The notes under the pieces were generated by a model that worked only from the letters and a program-made list of their open reading frames with translations, ran no database searches and was not told where the DNA came from. A stretch of 45,905 bases of DNA, from NCBI GenBank assembly GCA_002792355.1, contig PFOE01000064.1:1-45905 (forward strand). Reading direction: 5' to 3'. The translations under genes and the position numbers were made by a program. Source of the stretch: Candidatus Roizmanbacteria bacterium CG_4_10_14_0_2_um_filter_36_35. GTDB taxonomy: Bacteria > Patescibacteriota > Microgenomatia > UBA1406 > GWC2-37-13. Below, in pieces: positions 1-9,355 of the stretch. Numbering within the stretch: position 1 is the first letter of the stretch; every line of letters starts with the position of its first letter.

Positions 1-1
1 T

Positions 2-727
2 ATCGGCTGGGCAAAAAAATGGGCTGAATCACCTATAAGAATTATAATGGACTCATTAAGCCGCGTCCTTTTTCCTCTTTTTTCCCGATTTCAAAATAAT
101 ATAGACCAGTTAAAAAGAATGGTTGAAAAAGTTATTTATTACCAATCGGCAATCATTATCCCGACGACAGTCGGACTGGCTTTAATCATGGGAAAAATTG
201 TTGACTTTATCCCTAAATATTATAAGTGGACGCCGGCCTTGCCGTTTTTTTATCTTTTTTGCTTATCGGCTCTTTTCTCTTCATATTCAACTCCGTTTAT
301 CAATCTTCTCAACGGTTTAGGGAAAGTAAAAATAACTTTTTCTTTTATGATCGCCTGGACGACGGCTACTTGGATCTTGACTCCTATTCTTACCTTTTTT
401 TTTGGCAGCCTCGGTTTCCCAATTACTCTAGTGATACTTTCTTCATCATTTATTATTGTTGTTATTGTTACAAAAAAAACCGTCAATTTTTCTTTTGGAA
501 AAAATGTCTATCAATTTTTAACCGCTTCCGTAGTAATGTCTGCGATAGTATTTCTGTTTTCTAGGCTTTCTATTTCATCCGGCCCTTCTTTACTTATAAG
601 CATTGCAGGAGGTATAATTGCTTATTTATTAACGTTAAAATTAGTATTTAAAGTAGATTTGTTAAACGAGGTAAGAGTAATTTTTTCACTTTCGAGGGGA
701 CCACGAAATGGTGAGACTCTCGTGTGA
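2..727 (+). CDS. Wzx/MOP-family polysaccharide flippase, C-terminal part (5' truncated by window)
   Basis: Frame is open from position 2. Multi-TM protein with SRVLFPLFSRFQ and NGLGK motifs typical of oligosaccharide flippases, lying at the head of a GT cluster. The last ~16 aa come from a palindromic repeat. Confidence 0.8.
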   Translation: MGWAKKWAESPIRIIMDSLSRVLFPLFSRFQNNIDQLKRMVEKVIYYQSAIIIPTTVGLALIMGKIVDFIPKYYKWTPALPFFYLFCLSALFSSYSTPFINLLNGLGKVKITFSFMIAWTTATWILTPILTFFFGSLGFPITLVILSSSFIIVVIVTKKTVNFSFGKNVYQFLTASVVMSAIVFLFSRLSISSGPSLLISIAGGIIAYLLTLKLVFKVDLLNEVRVIFSLSRGPRNGETLV

Positions 728-737
728 TAAAAATTAC
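677..737. repeat. Family-B imperfect palindromic repeat, copy 1
   Basis: gtaattttttcactttcgag...ctctcgtgtgataaaaattac; reverse complement matches 21616-21685 apart from the central loop. Confidence 0.85.
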
Positions 738-753
738 CTTACCGAGTTAAAAA

Positions 754-1629
754 ATGGATATGGAAAATATTTCCGCAGTAATCGTCGTTAAAGACTGTCC
801 GCCTTTTTTACTCAAAGTAATAGAATCAATTAATGACTTGGTTCACGAAATCATTATTGTCGATATCGGAATCTCTCCTCAATTAATCGAAACACTGAAA
901 AAAAATAAAAAAATAAAAATAGTCACTCTTAAAGAAGCCGTCCCCTATGTTGAACTAATCCGTAATAAAACCAAAGACTTTGCCAAAAGCGACTATATAT
1001 TTTTCTTGGACCCTGATGAAATCGTTACTCCTGGACTTAAAACTATCATTAAATCACGTCTTTTATCCTATGATTACTTTAAAATTCCCAGAAAAAATAT
1101 CATTTTAGGCCGCTGGATAAAACATAGCCGCTGGTGGCCTGATTATCAGATCCGTCTCTTTAAAAAAAATAAAGTTGTCTGGCCAAAAATAATCCATCGT
1201 CAGCCGAAGGCAATAGGCCGTGGTCTTGAAATAGATGCCAAAGAAGAATTTGCCTTGATTCACCATAATTACCGGGATCTAGATGAATATTTTGATAAGA
1301 CTAAACGCTATGCCAAATACGAAGCCAGAGAACTTTATGAAGAAAAAAGAATTTTTACTTTTTCCGATACTGTGAAAAAATCACTTAACGAATTTATCAG
1401 TCGTTATTTTGCCGCTCAAGGCTATAAAGATGGCGTCCAAGGATTTATTCTTGCTGTCTTACAGTTATTTTATTATTTTCTAGTCTATTTTTATTATCTT
1501 GAAATGAAAAAATTTAAAACTGATGAAAAAGTTGACGAAACAGAATTCTTTAAAACCGGACTAAAAGAAGTTCTCCATTGGAAAAAGAATAAAACAATAA
1601 AAGAAAGATTAATAAAAAAACTGTTATAA
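754..1629 (+). CDS. GT2 glycosyltransferase (beta-1,4-glucosyltransferase-like)
   Basis: ISAVIVV start, LDPDE DxD motif, WWPDYQIRLF motif; paralogue of 9356-10180. Confidence 0.85.
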   Translation: MDMENISAVIVVKDCPPFLLKVIESINDLVHEIIIVDIGISPQLIETLKKNKKIKIVTLKEAVPYVELIRNKTKDFAKSDYIFFLDPDEIVTPGLKTIIKSRLLSYDYFKIPRKNIILGRWIKHSRWWPDYQIRLFKKNKVVWPKIIHRQPKAIGRGLEIDAKEEFALIHHNYRDLDEYFDKTKRYAKYEARELYEEKRIFTFSDTVKKSLNEFISRYFAAQGYKDGVQGFILAVLQLFYYFLVYFYYLEMKKFKTDEKVDETEFFKTGLKEVLHWKKNKTIKERLIKKLL

Positions 1630-1636
1630 AACCTTA

Positions 1637-1738
1637 GTCATTTCGACCCTGAGCGAAGTCGAAGGGGAGAAATCTAGCGAAGCGTAATTTACGTCCCGAC
1701 TCAGTCGGGACTAGATCCCTCACTTCGTTCGGGATGAC
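1637..1738. repeat. Family-A TGTC-type REP-like doublet with nested tcccgactNagtcggga mini-hairpin
   Basis: Left arm gtcATTTC...GAAATct, right arm agATCCC...GGGATgac; GC-rich island in an intergenic space. Confidence 0.9.
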
Positions 1739-1751
1739 AAATACTTAACTT

Positions 1752-2564
1752 ATGATCGGACTGGTAACCGTAAACTACAATCAGTATCAACTCACCCAAG
1801 AATTCCTTGACTCTTTATCTTCTGTAAAAAACGCTAAAAAAATAACTGTTTTTATCGCCGATGTTTCCAGTAAAAAAAAGGGCCTTGAGATTGAAAAGTA
1901 TCCAATGAGGGTGATTATTAAAAATCTACCTAATCGAGGTTATGCTTTTGGCATCAACCAAGGCGTTAAATATTTTTTGAGTCATAAGGTTAATAAATTC
2001 TGCGCTATTAACAATGATATTTATTTTGATAAAAACTTTGTTGCTACTGCAGAAAAGGCATTCAAAAAAAGTGATATTTTCGGAGGGAAAATTTATTATG
2101 CTCCGGGATATGAATATTACAAGAAATATAAAAAATCCGTCATTGGTAAAGTCCTTTGGTATGCTGGTGGAGTCAATGATTGGAAAAATGTTGTCACTGT
2201 CCATCAAGGAGTTGACGAAGTCGATCATGGCCAATACGAGAAAAGCGAAGAAACTGATTTTATCACCGGTTGCATGCTTTTTTTCAACAAAAAAATTATC
2301 GATAAAATCGGATTTTGGAATGAAGCATACTTTCTATATTATGAAGACTCTGATTTTTGCGAAAGAGCCAAAAGAGCCGGATTTAAACTTTTTTATCAAC
2401 CGAGAATTATAATTTATCACAAAAACGCTCAATCAACCGGAGGCAGCGGTTCTCCGCTTCACCTAAAATACCAGCGAAAAAATCGGTTAATCTTTGGCCT
2501 CAAGTATGCCCCATTTAAAACTAAACTTCATTTGATAAAAAATTTCTTTTTCGAAAGAAGATAA
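1752..2564 (+). CDS. GT2 glycosyltransferase (WbbL/rhamnosyltransferase-like)
   Basis: VTVNYN, NRGYAFGINQG, INND, TGCMLF, YYEDSDFC motifs. Confidence 0.85.
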   Translation: MIGLVTVNYNQYQLTQEFLDSLSSVKNAKKITVFIADVSSKKKGLEIEKYPMRVIIKNLPNRGYAFGINQGVKYFLSHKVNKFCAINNDIYFDKNFVATAEKAFKKSDIFGGKIYYAPGYEYYKKYKKSVIGKVLWYAGGVNDWKNVVTVHQGVDEVDHGQYEKSEETDFITGCMLFFNKKIIDKIGFWNEAYFLYYEDSDFCERAKRAGFKLFYQPRIIIYHKNAQSTGGSGSPLHLKYQRKNRLIFGLKYAPFKTKLHLIKNFFFERR

Positions 2565-3640
2565 ATAACTAGATAAACTAAATTTATTATGAAAAAGACG
2601 ATGATCACGTTGTGCTTGAACATAACTTTATAGGAAGTCGTCCAATAAAGCACCCTTGCCCAACCGCCGAATCTTACATAAGGATAATAAGACATCAATA
2701 ACCCAAAGAAAAAAATATTGAAGCGGAAAATCAAATCTTCATAAAAAGGAATTAATCCAAATAGCATGATAAAATACCAAGGTTGAATTTCTGTTCTAGT
2801 AATTAAGAAAACTAATCCAGCAATAATCAATAATGATGTCAATAGTTTATAATTTTTGAATTTTGTTAAAAAAAATAGAAAAGGTAATGTCAGGTATTTA
2901 ACACCTATTGATAAAATAAAATAAGCGGTTGATAAAGCTTTTCTTTTTTTTAGTAAAAAATAAATTCCAACTATAGATAAAGAAATACCTATTAAATCGT
3001 TGTGACCATTGATTAAGCCTTCAACCAGTATTAAAGGGTTGGTAGCAAACATAATCGCCCACTTTCTATTTAATTTTTCCAATAATTTAATCGCTATGAG
3101 ATAAAAGGCAACTATCACTATTTTAAACAGGAAAAAAGTGGGGGCGAATTTGGCAAAGCCGAGAAATGACGGAATAGCCGAAATCAAAAGAAAAACCGGG
3201 CCGTATGGATAATTATTGCCTGTCCACTGAGTAAAACGAAGCCAAGGATCAAGATAAAAATCTCCGGCCAAATAAGTATAAGGATTATGATGGTATAGAG
3301 TTAAAATTCTCGTATAGAAAAGATAGCTGAAAAAATCGTGAGATAAAAACGGATAGGAAAAAACCAATATCAACCCAATAATAAAAGCAATTTTAAAAGG
3401 ACTAAAGGTTAACTTCTTATATTTTGTAACAAAAATGTAGTTGAATATGAAAAGCAGGATAATAATCGATAAATAAACCCACCATGAGTTCTGCCTTTGG
3501 TTATAACCGAAATCAACCATAACATTGCGGAAACTCGTCCAAAGAGGATGGTTAAAAAAAGTAATATTTGGATCAACCAACGCATATGAATAGATCGATA
3601 AGATAAGAATTAAAAAAAAATACAAACCCAATAAAAGCAT
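2528..3640 (-). CDS. GT-C membrane glycosyltransferase (MptA/B or GT87-like mannosyltransferase)
   Basis: Multi-TM with SHDFFSY, YPYGP, GHND and QPWY motifs. Confidence 0.65.
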   Translation of the reverse strand: MLLLGLYFFLILILSIYSYALVDPNITFFNHPLWTSFRNVMVDFGYNQRQNSWWVYLSIIILLFIFNYIFVTKYKKLTFSPFKIAFIIGLILVFSYPFLSHDFFSYLFYTRILTLYHHNPYTYLAGDFYLDPWLRFTQWTGNNYPYGPVFLLISAIPSFLGFAKFAPTFFLFKIVIVAFYLIAIKLLEKLNRKWAIMFATNPLILVEGLINGHNDLIGISLSIVGIYFLLKKRKALSTAYFILSIGVKYLTLPFLFFLTKFKNYKLLTSLLIIAGLVFLITRTEIQPWYFIMLFGLIPFYEDLIFRFNIFFFGLLMSYYPYVRFGGWARVLYWTTSYKVMFKHNVIIVFFIINLVYLVIYLLSKKKFFIK

Positions 3641-3648
3641 ATTAAATT

Positions 3649-3658
3649 ATTATATAAT
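3649..3658. promoter_or_regulatory. Palindromic bidirectional -10 box ATTATATAAT
   Basis: TATAAT on both strands, 8 and 10 nt from the two divergent ATGs in a 28-bp gap. Confidence 0.6.
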
Positions 3659-3668
3659 TTTAAAAAAT

Positions 3669-5147
3669 ATGAAGTGGTTAAAATTATGCATCCTATTTTC
3701 AGTCTTTTTTATTTTTTTCTATCTTAGATTAATACCTATTATTAACCAAACTGTCCCTTACACGTATGACCAAGGGCGTGATTTTTTAAAGGCTGAAGAA
3801 ATTATCCGGGATAAAAATCTCACCTTTATCGGACCAACCACGGGTATTATGGGCGTTCATCACGGCGCCTGGTGGTATTATTTTCTTGCTTTGCTTTATT
3901 TGGTTTTTGCCGGTTGGCCGGTCGGTTTCTATATCGGATTGTTTGTTCTTTCAACAACCACTTTATTCTTGTTCTTCTTTTTTATTAAAAAAGAATTAGG
4001 TTATCAATCTTCCTGGCTATTTTTTTTGACTATTACCGCCGGAAGTTTCTTCATCAAGTTGGGCTTTTTTGCCAGCAACAACACTTTAAGCCCTTTGTTT
4101 GTATTATTGTTAATTTATTCTATATATCTATTCTTTAAAACACAGTCGGCCAAATATCTGTTCTTCATATCTCTTGCCTTAGGATTTAGTTTTGAATTCG
4201 AGGTAGCTTCAGGAATATTTATAATAACGTCATTTTTTATTACCTCGTTATTTTTTAAATTATTCAGAAAAAGTTACTTAAATTTAAGAAAACTTGTTTG
4301 TTTTATTTCGGGATTTATCATCCCTATTTTTCCAAGGTTATTATTTGAATTGAAAAATAATTTTATCCAGACAAAGGCTTTTATCAGTTTTTACTCTCAT
4401 CCAACATTTACTAATCAACTGTCTTTTATTTCCACTTTAGCAGAAAGGGCTCAATTATTTCTTAAGTATTATCTTCAGTTAATCCCACAAGAAAATTTCT
4501 ACCTTGGCCTATTAGTTTTTTTATTTTTTATTTATTTGCTTATTATAAGGATAAAAAATATGAAGAGAGGCCGAACGAATCCTCTTTTATTCTTCTTCTT
4601 ATTAATATTGGTAATTTTTCTGGTAAGTCTTGTCAGTAGAAATAATTTTTTCTGGGATTATTATCTTGACGGCGTTCAATTTATTATTTTATTTATTTTT
4701 ATTTTAATTTTTAATTTAAACAGCCAATTAAAATTAGCAAAAAATATATTACTGGGAGTATTTTTCTTTGCAGTATTAATTTCTTTTTCAAAAAATCTAT
4801 CTGGTAAAAATATTCCCTTGGTTGGTCTTAGGGCAGATAATAAAATCGTCAGCTACTTTGTAGAAAAAACCAGTAATCGATATTTTTGCTTGCGAATCTA
4901 TACACCACCGGTTATTCCTTACACATATTATTATCTGTTTTCTTATTATGCCCGTCACCAAAAAATAAAGTATCCAAGGCAGGAATTTACTAACAGTCAG
5001 TGCTATTTTATCTTCGACAAAGAGCCTTATTCTTTTAGAGTTGAAAAATGGAGAAAGGATAATATTCCCGAAAAGTCCAGATTAATTGAAAAAAAAATTA
5101 TAGATAACGGCAGTTCAATTGAACTATGGAAATTAACGGAAAGTTAA
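3669..5147 (+). CDS. ArnT/PMT-like GT-C glycosyltransferase
   Basis: YDQGRD...FIGP...HGAWWYY N-terminal loop, ~11 TM segments, C-terminal soluble domain. Confidence 0.75.
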   Translation: MKWLKLCILFSVFFIFFYLRLIPIINQTVPYTYDQGRDFLKAEEIIRDKNLTFIGPTTGIMGVHHGAWWYYFLALLYLVFAGWPVGFYIGLFVLSTTTLFLFFFFIKKELGYQSSWLFFLTITAGSFFIKLGFFASNNTLSPLFVLLLIYSIYLFFKTQSAKYLFFISLALGFSFEFEVASGIFIITSFFITSLFFKLFRKSYLNLRKLVCFISGFIIPIFPRLLFELKNNFIQTKAFISFYSHPTFTNQLSFISTLAERAQLFLKYYLQLIPQENFYLGLLVFLFFIYLLIIRIKNMKRGRTNPLLFFFLLILVIFLVSLVSRNNFFWDYYLDGVQFIILFIFILIFNLNSQLKLAKNILLGVFFFAVLISFSKNLSGKNIPLVGLRADNKIVSYFVEKTSNRYFCLRIYTPPVIPYTYYYLFSYYARHQKIKYPRQEFTNSQCYFIFDKEPYSFRVEKWRKDNIPEKSRLIEKKIIDNGSSIELWKLTES

Positions 5148-6641
5148 ATCTTGAACTAAATTAGGATCCGAAGGAATCTGCATCTCTTTCTGACTTAAAA
5201 GGTATTTTTCTACGATCATACCATTTGAATATCTGAATACTTTATCAGGATTCCTATTGATTTTTACCTGATTAATTTTCCACCAATCGCCATTTAAATA
5301 CTTTTTATCTTCAGGCGGCGGAGCAATAATTAAATACGTCAGCTGTTCCTTTTTATATGGATGACTTATCGTTTGTTTAAACATTTTCTGAATGTAATGG
5401 ATCGAATATTTTTCCGAATATCCTAATAAGTCGGAAGAATAAACATAATAACCAAAGTCATTCCCTTTAGCGTCTTGATAGATTTTTTTTGCTAAATCAG
5501 CATAAAATTTCCAGCCGGTACCAGCGGATTTAATAGATTGTATACCAAAAATGAAATTAATAATAAAAATGTATAGAAAAACTATTATAAATATTTTTTT
5601 GTTAATCAGGTTAAAAAGCGAAGAGAAAATAATTAATGTCAATGGCAAAAATGGCAAATAATGATGATTCCAAATATTTCCTTTGAAGAACAGCGCAATA
5701 ATCCAGAAGCCAAAATAGAAAAAGAAATATAAAAAATATGTGTTTCTGTGTTTGAATTTTTTATCTTTAAGATTGTAAATAAGTATTCCAAATAAAATTG
5801 TTATTGGAAGATTTAATAAAAAATTCTGCGGAATCATATTTATTCCGTCAAACAGCAGTCCTCTAGCTCTTTGTATTACTATATTTAATAGGTTCAAGCT
5901 TCCAACATTTTGCTTTGTCGTTATATAGCTAATAATTGATCTCGTTTGCAGAAAATCATGCCTTAATTCAAATAAAAAATAAGTCGATAAAGGAATTAAA
6001 AGAATAAAATAAGCGAAAATATGAGTAATTTTTTTCTTTTTGATAAAAAACGGTATTAAATATATTGTTAATAAAATAAGTATCGGTAAACCAAAGGCGA
6101 TCTGGAATTGAATAATTAAACCTAATATAAATAACAAGCAAATCAAATAAAAAAATCTAGCCGACTTTAAATATGTCACTAATAAATAAAAAAATGCCGG
6201 AAAAAGTAAAACCGCACCAAAAGGATTAATTAAGGCCTTAATATAAGATATGGAAAAGACTGAAAGTAAAAATGAAGCTAATAAACCTACTTCTTCATTA
6301 AATATTTTTTTTCCGAGAAGATAGGTTAAATAAATTGAAATCACTGATAAGAAAACCCAAAAACATCCTACAATAACTGGGTTACCTTTTCCTAAAATAA
6401 AGATCGGAAGGTTTACATAAAACCATAAAGGTCCGTGAAAAACACCTGGAATCCCTCCTGATCTTGGCCCCAATAAAGTAGGTTTATGAGTCTTAACAAT
6501 ATCTTCCAAGACCAAAAAATCCCTGGCGATGTCAGTATGAAATACTAAATCCCTATTTAAAACATACCAGGAGCTTAAAAAAACATTAAAAAAAATAGCT
6601 AATACAATAATCCATTTATATTTTTTAAAAAAACTAGTCAT
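5133..6641 (-). CDS. ArnT/PMT-like GT-C glycosyltransferase
   Basis: TDIARD...LLGP...FHGPLWFY motif, multi-TM; ATG at 6641 preferred over the ORF-track start. Confidence 0.75.
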   Translation of the reverse strand: MTSFFKKYKWIIVLAIFFNVFLSSWYVLNRDLVFHTDIARDFLVLEDIVKTHKPTLLGPRSGGIPGVFHGPLWFYVNLPIFILGKGNPVIVGCFWVFLSVISIYLTYLLGKKIFNEEVGLLASFLLSVFSISYIKALINPFGAVLLFPAFFYLLVTYLKSARFFYLICLLFILGLIIQFQIAFGLPILILLTIYLIPFFIKKKKITHIFAYFILLIPLSTYFLFELRHDFLQTRSIISYITTKQNVGSLNLLNIVIQRARGLLFDGINMIPQNFLLNLPITILFGILIYNLKDKKFKHRNTYFLYFFFYFGFWIIALFFKGNIWNHHYLPFLPLTLIIFSSLFNLINKKIFIIVFLYIFIINFIFGIQSIKSAGTGWKFYADLAKKIYQDAKGNDFGYYVYSSDLLGYSEKYSIHYIQKMFKQTISHPYKKEQLTYLIIAPPPEDKKYLNGDWWKINQVKINRNPDKVFRYSNGMIVEKYLLSQKEMQIPSDPNLVQDLTFR

Positions 6642-6651
6642 ATAATATTTA

Positions 6652-7911
6652 TTAATTGACTTTTTTATCCTCAACCCAAATATGCCATAGGTAGGCCTTT
6701 ATTTGCCCTTCATCAAATGGTATTTTGTTATTTTGTTTTATTCTTTCCCTTACCTCTTCTTTTTGTTTGATTAAACCATTGGTCGCATTCCAGAGGTTTT
6801 TCGTCTGGAAATAAGTAAAGATAAAGCAGAATATTATCAATATATATGCTAATGGTTTAAATTTTGTCTTAAATAATCTTTTTAACAAATAAACCAAAAT
6901 GTAGATAACCAATACTGAATTCATTAGCATATAGTATTCCGACGTTGTCCCACCATAAAAGGAGTAGCCAAAAGCAGGAACAATAAACCATAAAGAGATT
7001 AAATATCCGAGAGTTTTCTCTTTTTTATTTTTTTCAAAAAGTATCGTTATCCAGTATATTGCCGGGATAACAAATTTCAAAAGTCCATATGTTTTTGGTA
7101 AAGACAGAATTGTCTGAAATTGAATAAAAGCATCATTGATTCGGTATAAAAAAAACCGAAAATGGAATCCTTTAATCAAATAGTCTTTTAAAAAATTATT
7201 AAACAAATTAAGATTATTACTTTTTGATTGAAGATCATAAAATACATTAGGTATAAACCAAACTAAAAATAATGGTAAACTGGCTAAACTATAAATAAAA
7301 ATCTTTCTTTTGTTTTTAACTAATATTAATGAAAGTAAAATAATCAAAGGTAAAAAAACTACGGAAAAATGCAGATGAAAAAATAATCCTGTTAGAAAAC
7401 TGGCAACAAATATCCATTTATATTTTTTTTCATAAACGATTTTATATATGCTGTAAAAAATTATGATCGATACGCCCGGTATCGGAGATATATTCCAGGG
7501 AGTGCGATTAATATCAATCAAATACCTATTGGTTGCATATACCAAGGTAACAAATAAGGCAGTATTTTTTTCAAATATCTTTTTGGTGACGATAAAAATT
7601 GCGAAAAAATTGAATATGTTGACAATAAAATTCAAGTAATTTGCAGCAACAGGATCAAGTCCAGTTAAATAGTAAAAAGGAACAAACAGATAATACCATA
7701 AAGGACCAAGATGAAAATGTCCGATACCTGTTCGTGGACCATTTAGAACTACCTGCCCCTTAATAATATCTCTGACTTTCCATGCATCTCTTGCCTGATC
7801 CCAACCGAAATTCTGGACATATCCGATTTTATAAAATCTTAAAAACATTCCAAGAGAAAGTATCAATAAAAAAATAAATAAAATTTTATGCTTGTTGAAA
7901 AATTTAATCAT
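6652..7911 (-). CDS. ArnT/PMT-like GT-C glycosyltransferase
   Basis: WDQARD...GP...HLGPLWYY motif, multi-TM. Confidence 0.75.
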   Translation of the reverse strand: MIKFFNKHKILFIFLLILSLGMFLRFYKIGYVQNFGWDQARDAWKVRDIIKGQVVLNGPRTGIGHFHLGPLWYYLFVPFYYLTGLDPVAANYLNFIVNIFNFFAIFIVTKKIFEKNTALFVTLVYATNRYLIDINRTPWNISPIPGVSIIIFYSIYKIVYEKKYKWIFVASFLTGLFFHLHFSVVFLPLIILLSLILVKNKRKIFIYSLASLPLFLVWFIPNVFYDLQSKSNNLNLFNNFLKDYLIKGFHFRFFLYRINDAFIQFQTILSLPKTYGLLKFVIPAIYWITILFEKNKKEKTLGYLISLWFIVPAFGYSFYGGTTSEYYMLMNSVLVIYILVYLLKRLFKTKFKPLAYILIIFCFIFTYFQTKNLWNATNGLIKQKEEVRERIKQNNKIPFDEGQIKAYLWHIWVEDKKVN

Positions 7912-9325
7912 TCTTTTTGATTATTGAAAGAAAACTATTACTATCAAGCACTTTATATTTTAATCCCGCGTTATCTAATTCTCTCAATGTATAGTTTCGG
8001 GTGATTAAAACAAATTCTCCCTGTTGGTTTTCAAAAAATGGAACCGCTTTTTTATTGGGGTCAGGTAAATCTATTAATGAATAAATATGTTTTCCGGAAT
8101 AGAAAATCGCCACGGGATAAAAGTTATCATCAAGATAAATTTGTACATTATACTTAGCCGCTTTTTTTGATATATCAACGTCGTCAGGAACGAAATGCGA
8201 AGTCGGATAGACCTCTTTATAGAAGTTTCTTATCTGCCAGCTCGAAATAAAAATAAAAAATAAAACATAAAAGACATTGGCCAACCAATCAAGTTTTTTC
8301 AATCTGGTAATTTTAATAAAAAATTCCTTCCCCCAAAAGACTCCGCCGGCGATGATAAGAGACAATGGCAGATAGACCGGAATCAGATGCCAGATGTGGG
8401 TTTCGTTAGTCGTCAGAAATGGGTAGAGAACAATAACGTTCCAGATTAAAATTAAAAGAAAATTCTTTTTGATAAATCGCAAAGTAATTATGATTAAACC
8501 CAGGGCCGCCAACCAGATGTAGTACCATTTTCTTACCCCCATGTGAAGATAAAATAGAGGTAAAAATGTCTCGATATGAAAATAAGACAAAAAGGTTTTA
8601 TTTCTCATTCCGACGGCTATGAAATGCTCTCTATAAAAAGATTCAAAGCTCGTCAACTGAACATAGTACCAGGGAACGAGCAGTATCAAGAAAGCCAAGA
8701 CGCCTATTGTAGAGAGGGTTAAATTTTTCTTGCTTTTGAAAACCTGATTAAGGTTATTAAATAAAATTAAGATTCCGGCAGACGCACCAACTAAAGTCTT
8801 TGACAAGAGAAGTGCGGCAAAAGCAATCATCGTCGGAATAAACCATTTAAAATTTTCTTTTGACTTAAGACTAAAAAAAACCGTCAACAAGTAGAAAAAA
8901 ATAAAAATAGAGTCCAAATCACCAGACCGGGTCCTGATCAGATACCACACTGAGGTACCAATAATTAAAGACGAAGCAAAACCAACCAAATTACTTTTGA
9001 ATAATCTTTTACCTAGGAAATAAATAAGTATTATTGCTCCAACTCCAAGGATTGCTGAAGGAAATCTAACCGCAAATTCATTGTTCCCTAAAATTTTTAT
9101 TGACAAAGCTATTAAGATAAAACCCAATGGCGGGTGATGATAATATATTTTTCCGTTCCAGTCCATTTTCATAAAGTTACCGGTAGCAGCAATGTTTTTC
9201 GCAATCGATCCATACCAAGCCTCGTCCCAGTTGACTAAAGTTAACCAATTGATGCGGAAAAAGATCAGAAAGCTGAAAAGTGGTATTAAAATCAACAAAG
9301 GCCAGTGTTTTTTAAGAAGATTCAT
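7904..9325 (-). CDS. ArnT (GT83/GT39)-like glycosyltransferase
   Basis: WDEAWY, HPPL, NEFAVRFPSA motifs. Confidence 0.8.
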   Translation of the reverse strand: MNLLKKHWPLLILIPLFSFLIFFRINWLTLVNWDEAWYGSIAKNIAATGNFMKMDWNGKIYYHHPPLGFILIALSIKILGNNEFAVRFPSAILGVGAIILIYFLGKRLFKSNLVGFASSLIIGTSVWYLIRTRSGDLDSIFIFFYLLTVFFSLKSKENFKWFIPTMIAFAALLLSKTLVGASAGILILFNNLNQVFKSKKNLTLSTIGVLAFLILLVPWYYVQLTSFESFYREHFIAVGMRNKTFLSYFHIETFLPLFYLHMGVRKWYYIWLAALGLIIITLRFIKKNFLLILIWNVIVLYPFLTTNETHIWHLIPVYLPLSLIIAGGVFWGKEFFIKITRLKKLDWLANVFYVLFFIFISSWQIRNFYKEVYPTSHFVPDDVDISKKAAKYNVQIYLDDNFYPVAIFYSGKHIYSLIDLPDPNKKAVPFFENQQGEFVLITRNYTLRELDNAGLKYKVLDSNSFLSIIKKND

Positions 9326-9333
9326 TGGCTTAT

Positions 9334-9343
9334 ATTATATAAT
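9334..9343. promoter_or_regulatory. Palindromic bidirectional -10 box ATTATATAAT
   Basis: Same 10-mer as 3649-3658, 8 and 12 nt from the divergent ATGs at 9325 and 9356. Confidence 0.6.
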
Positions 9344-9355
9344 AAAGACATTGTT

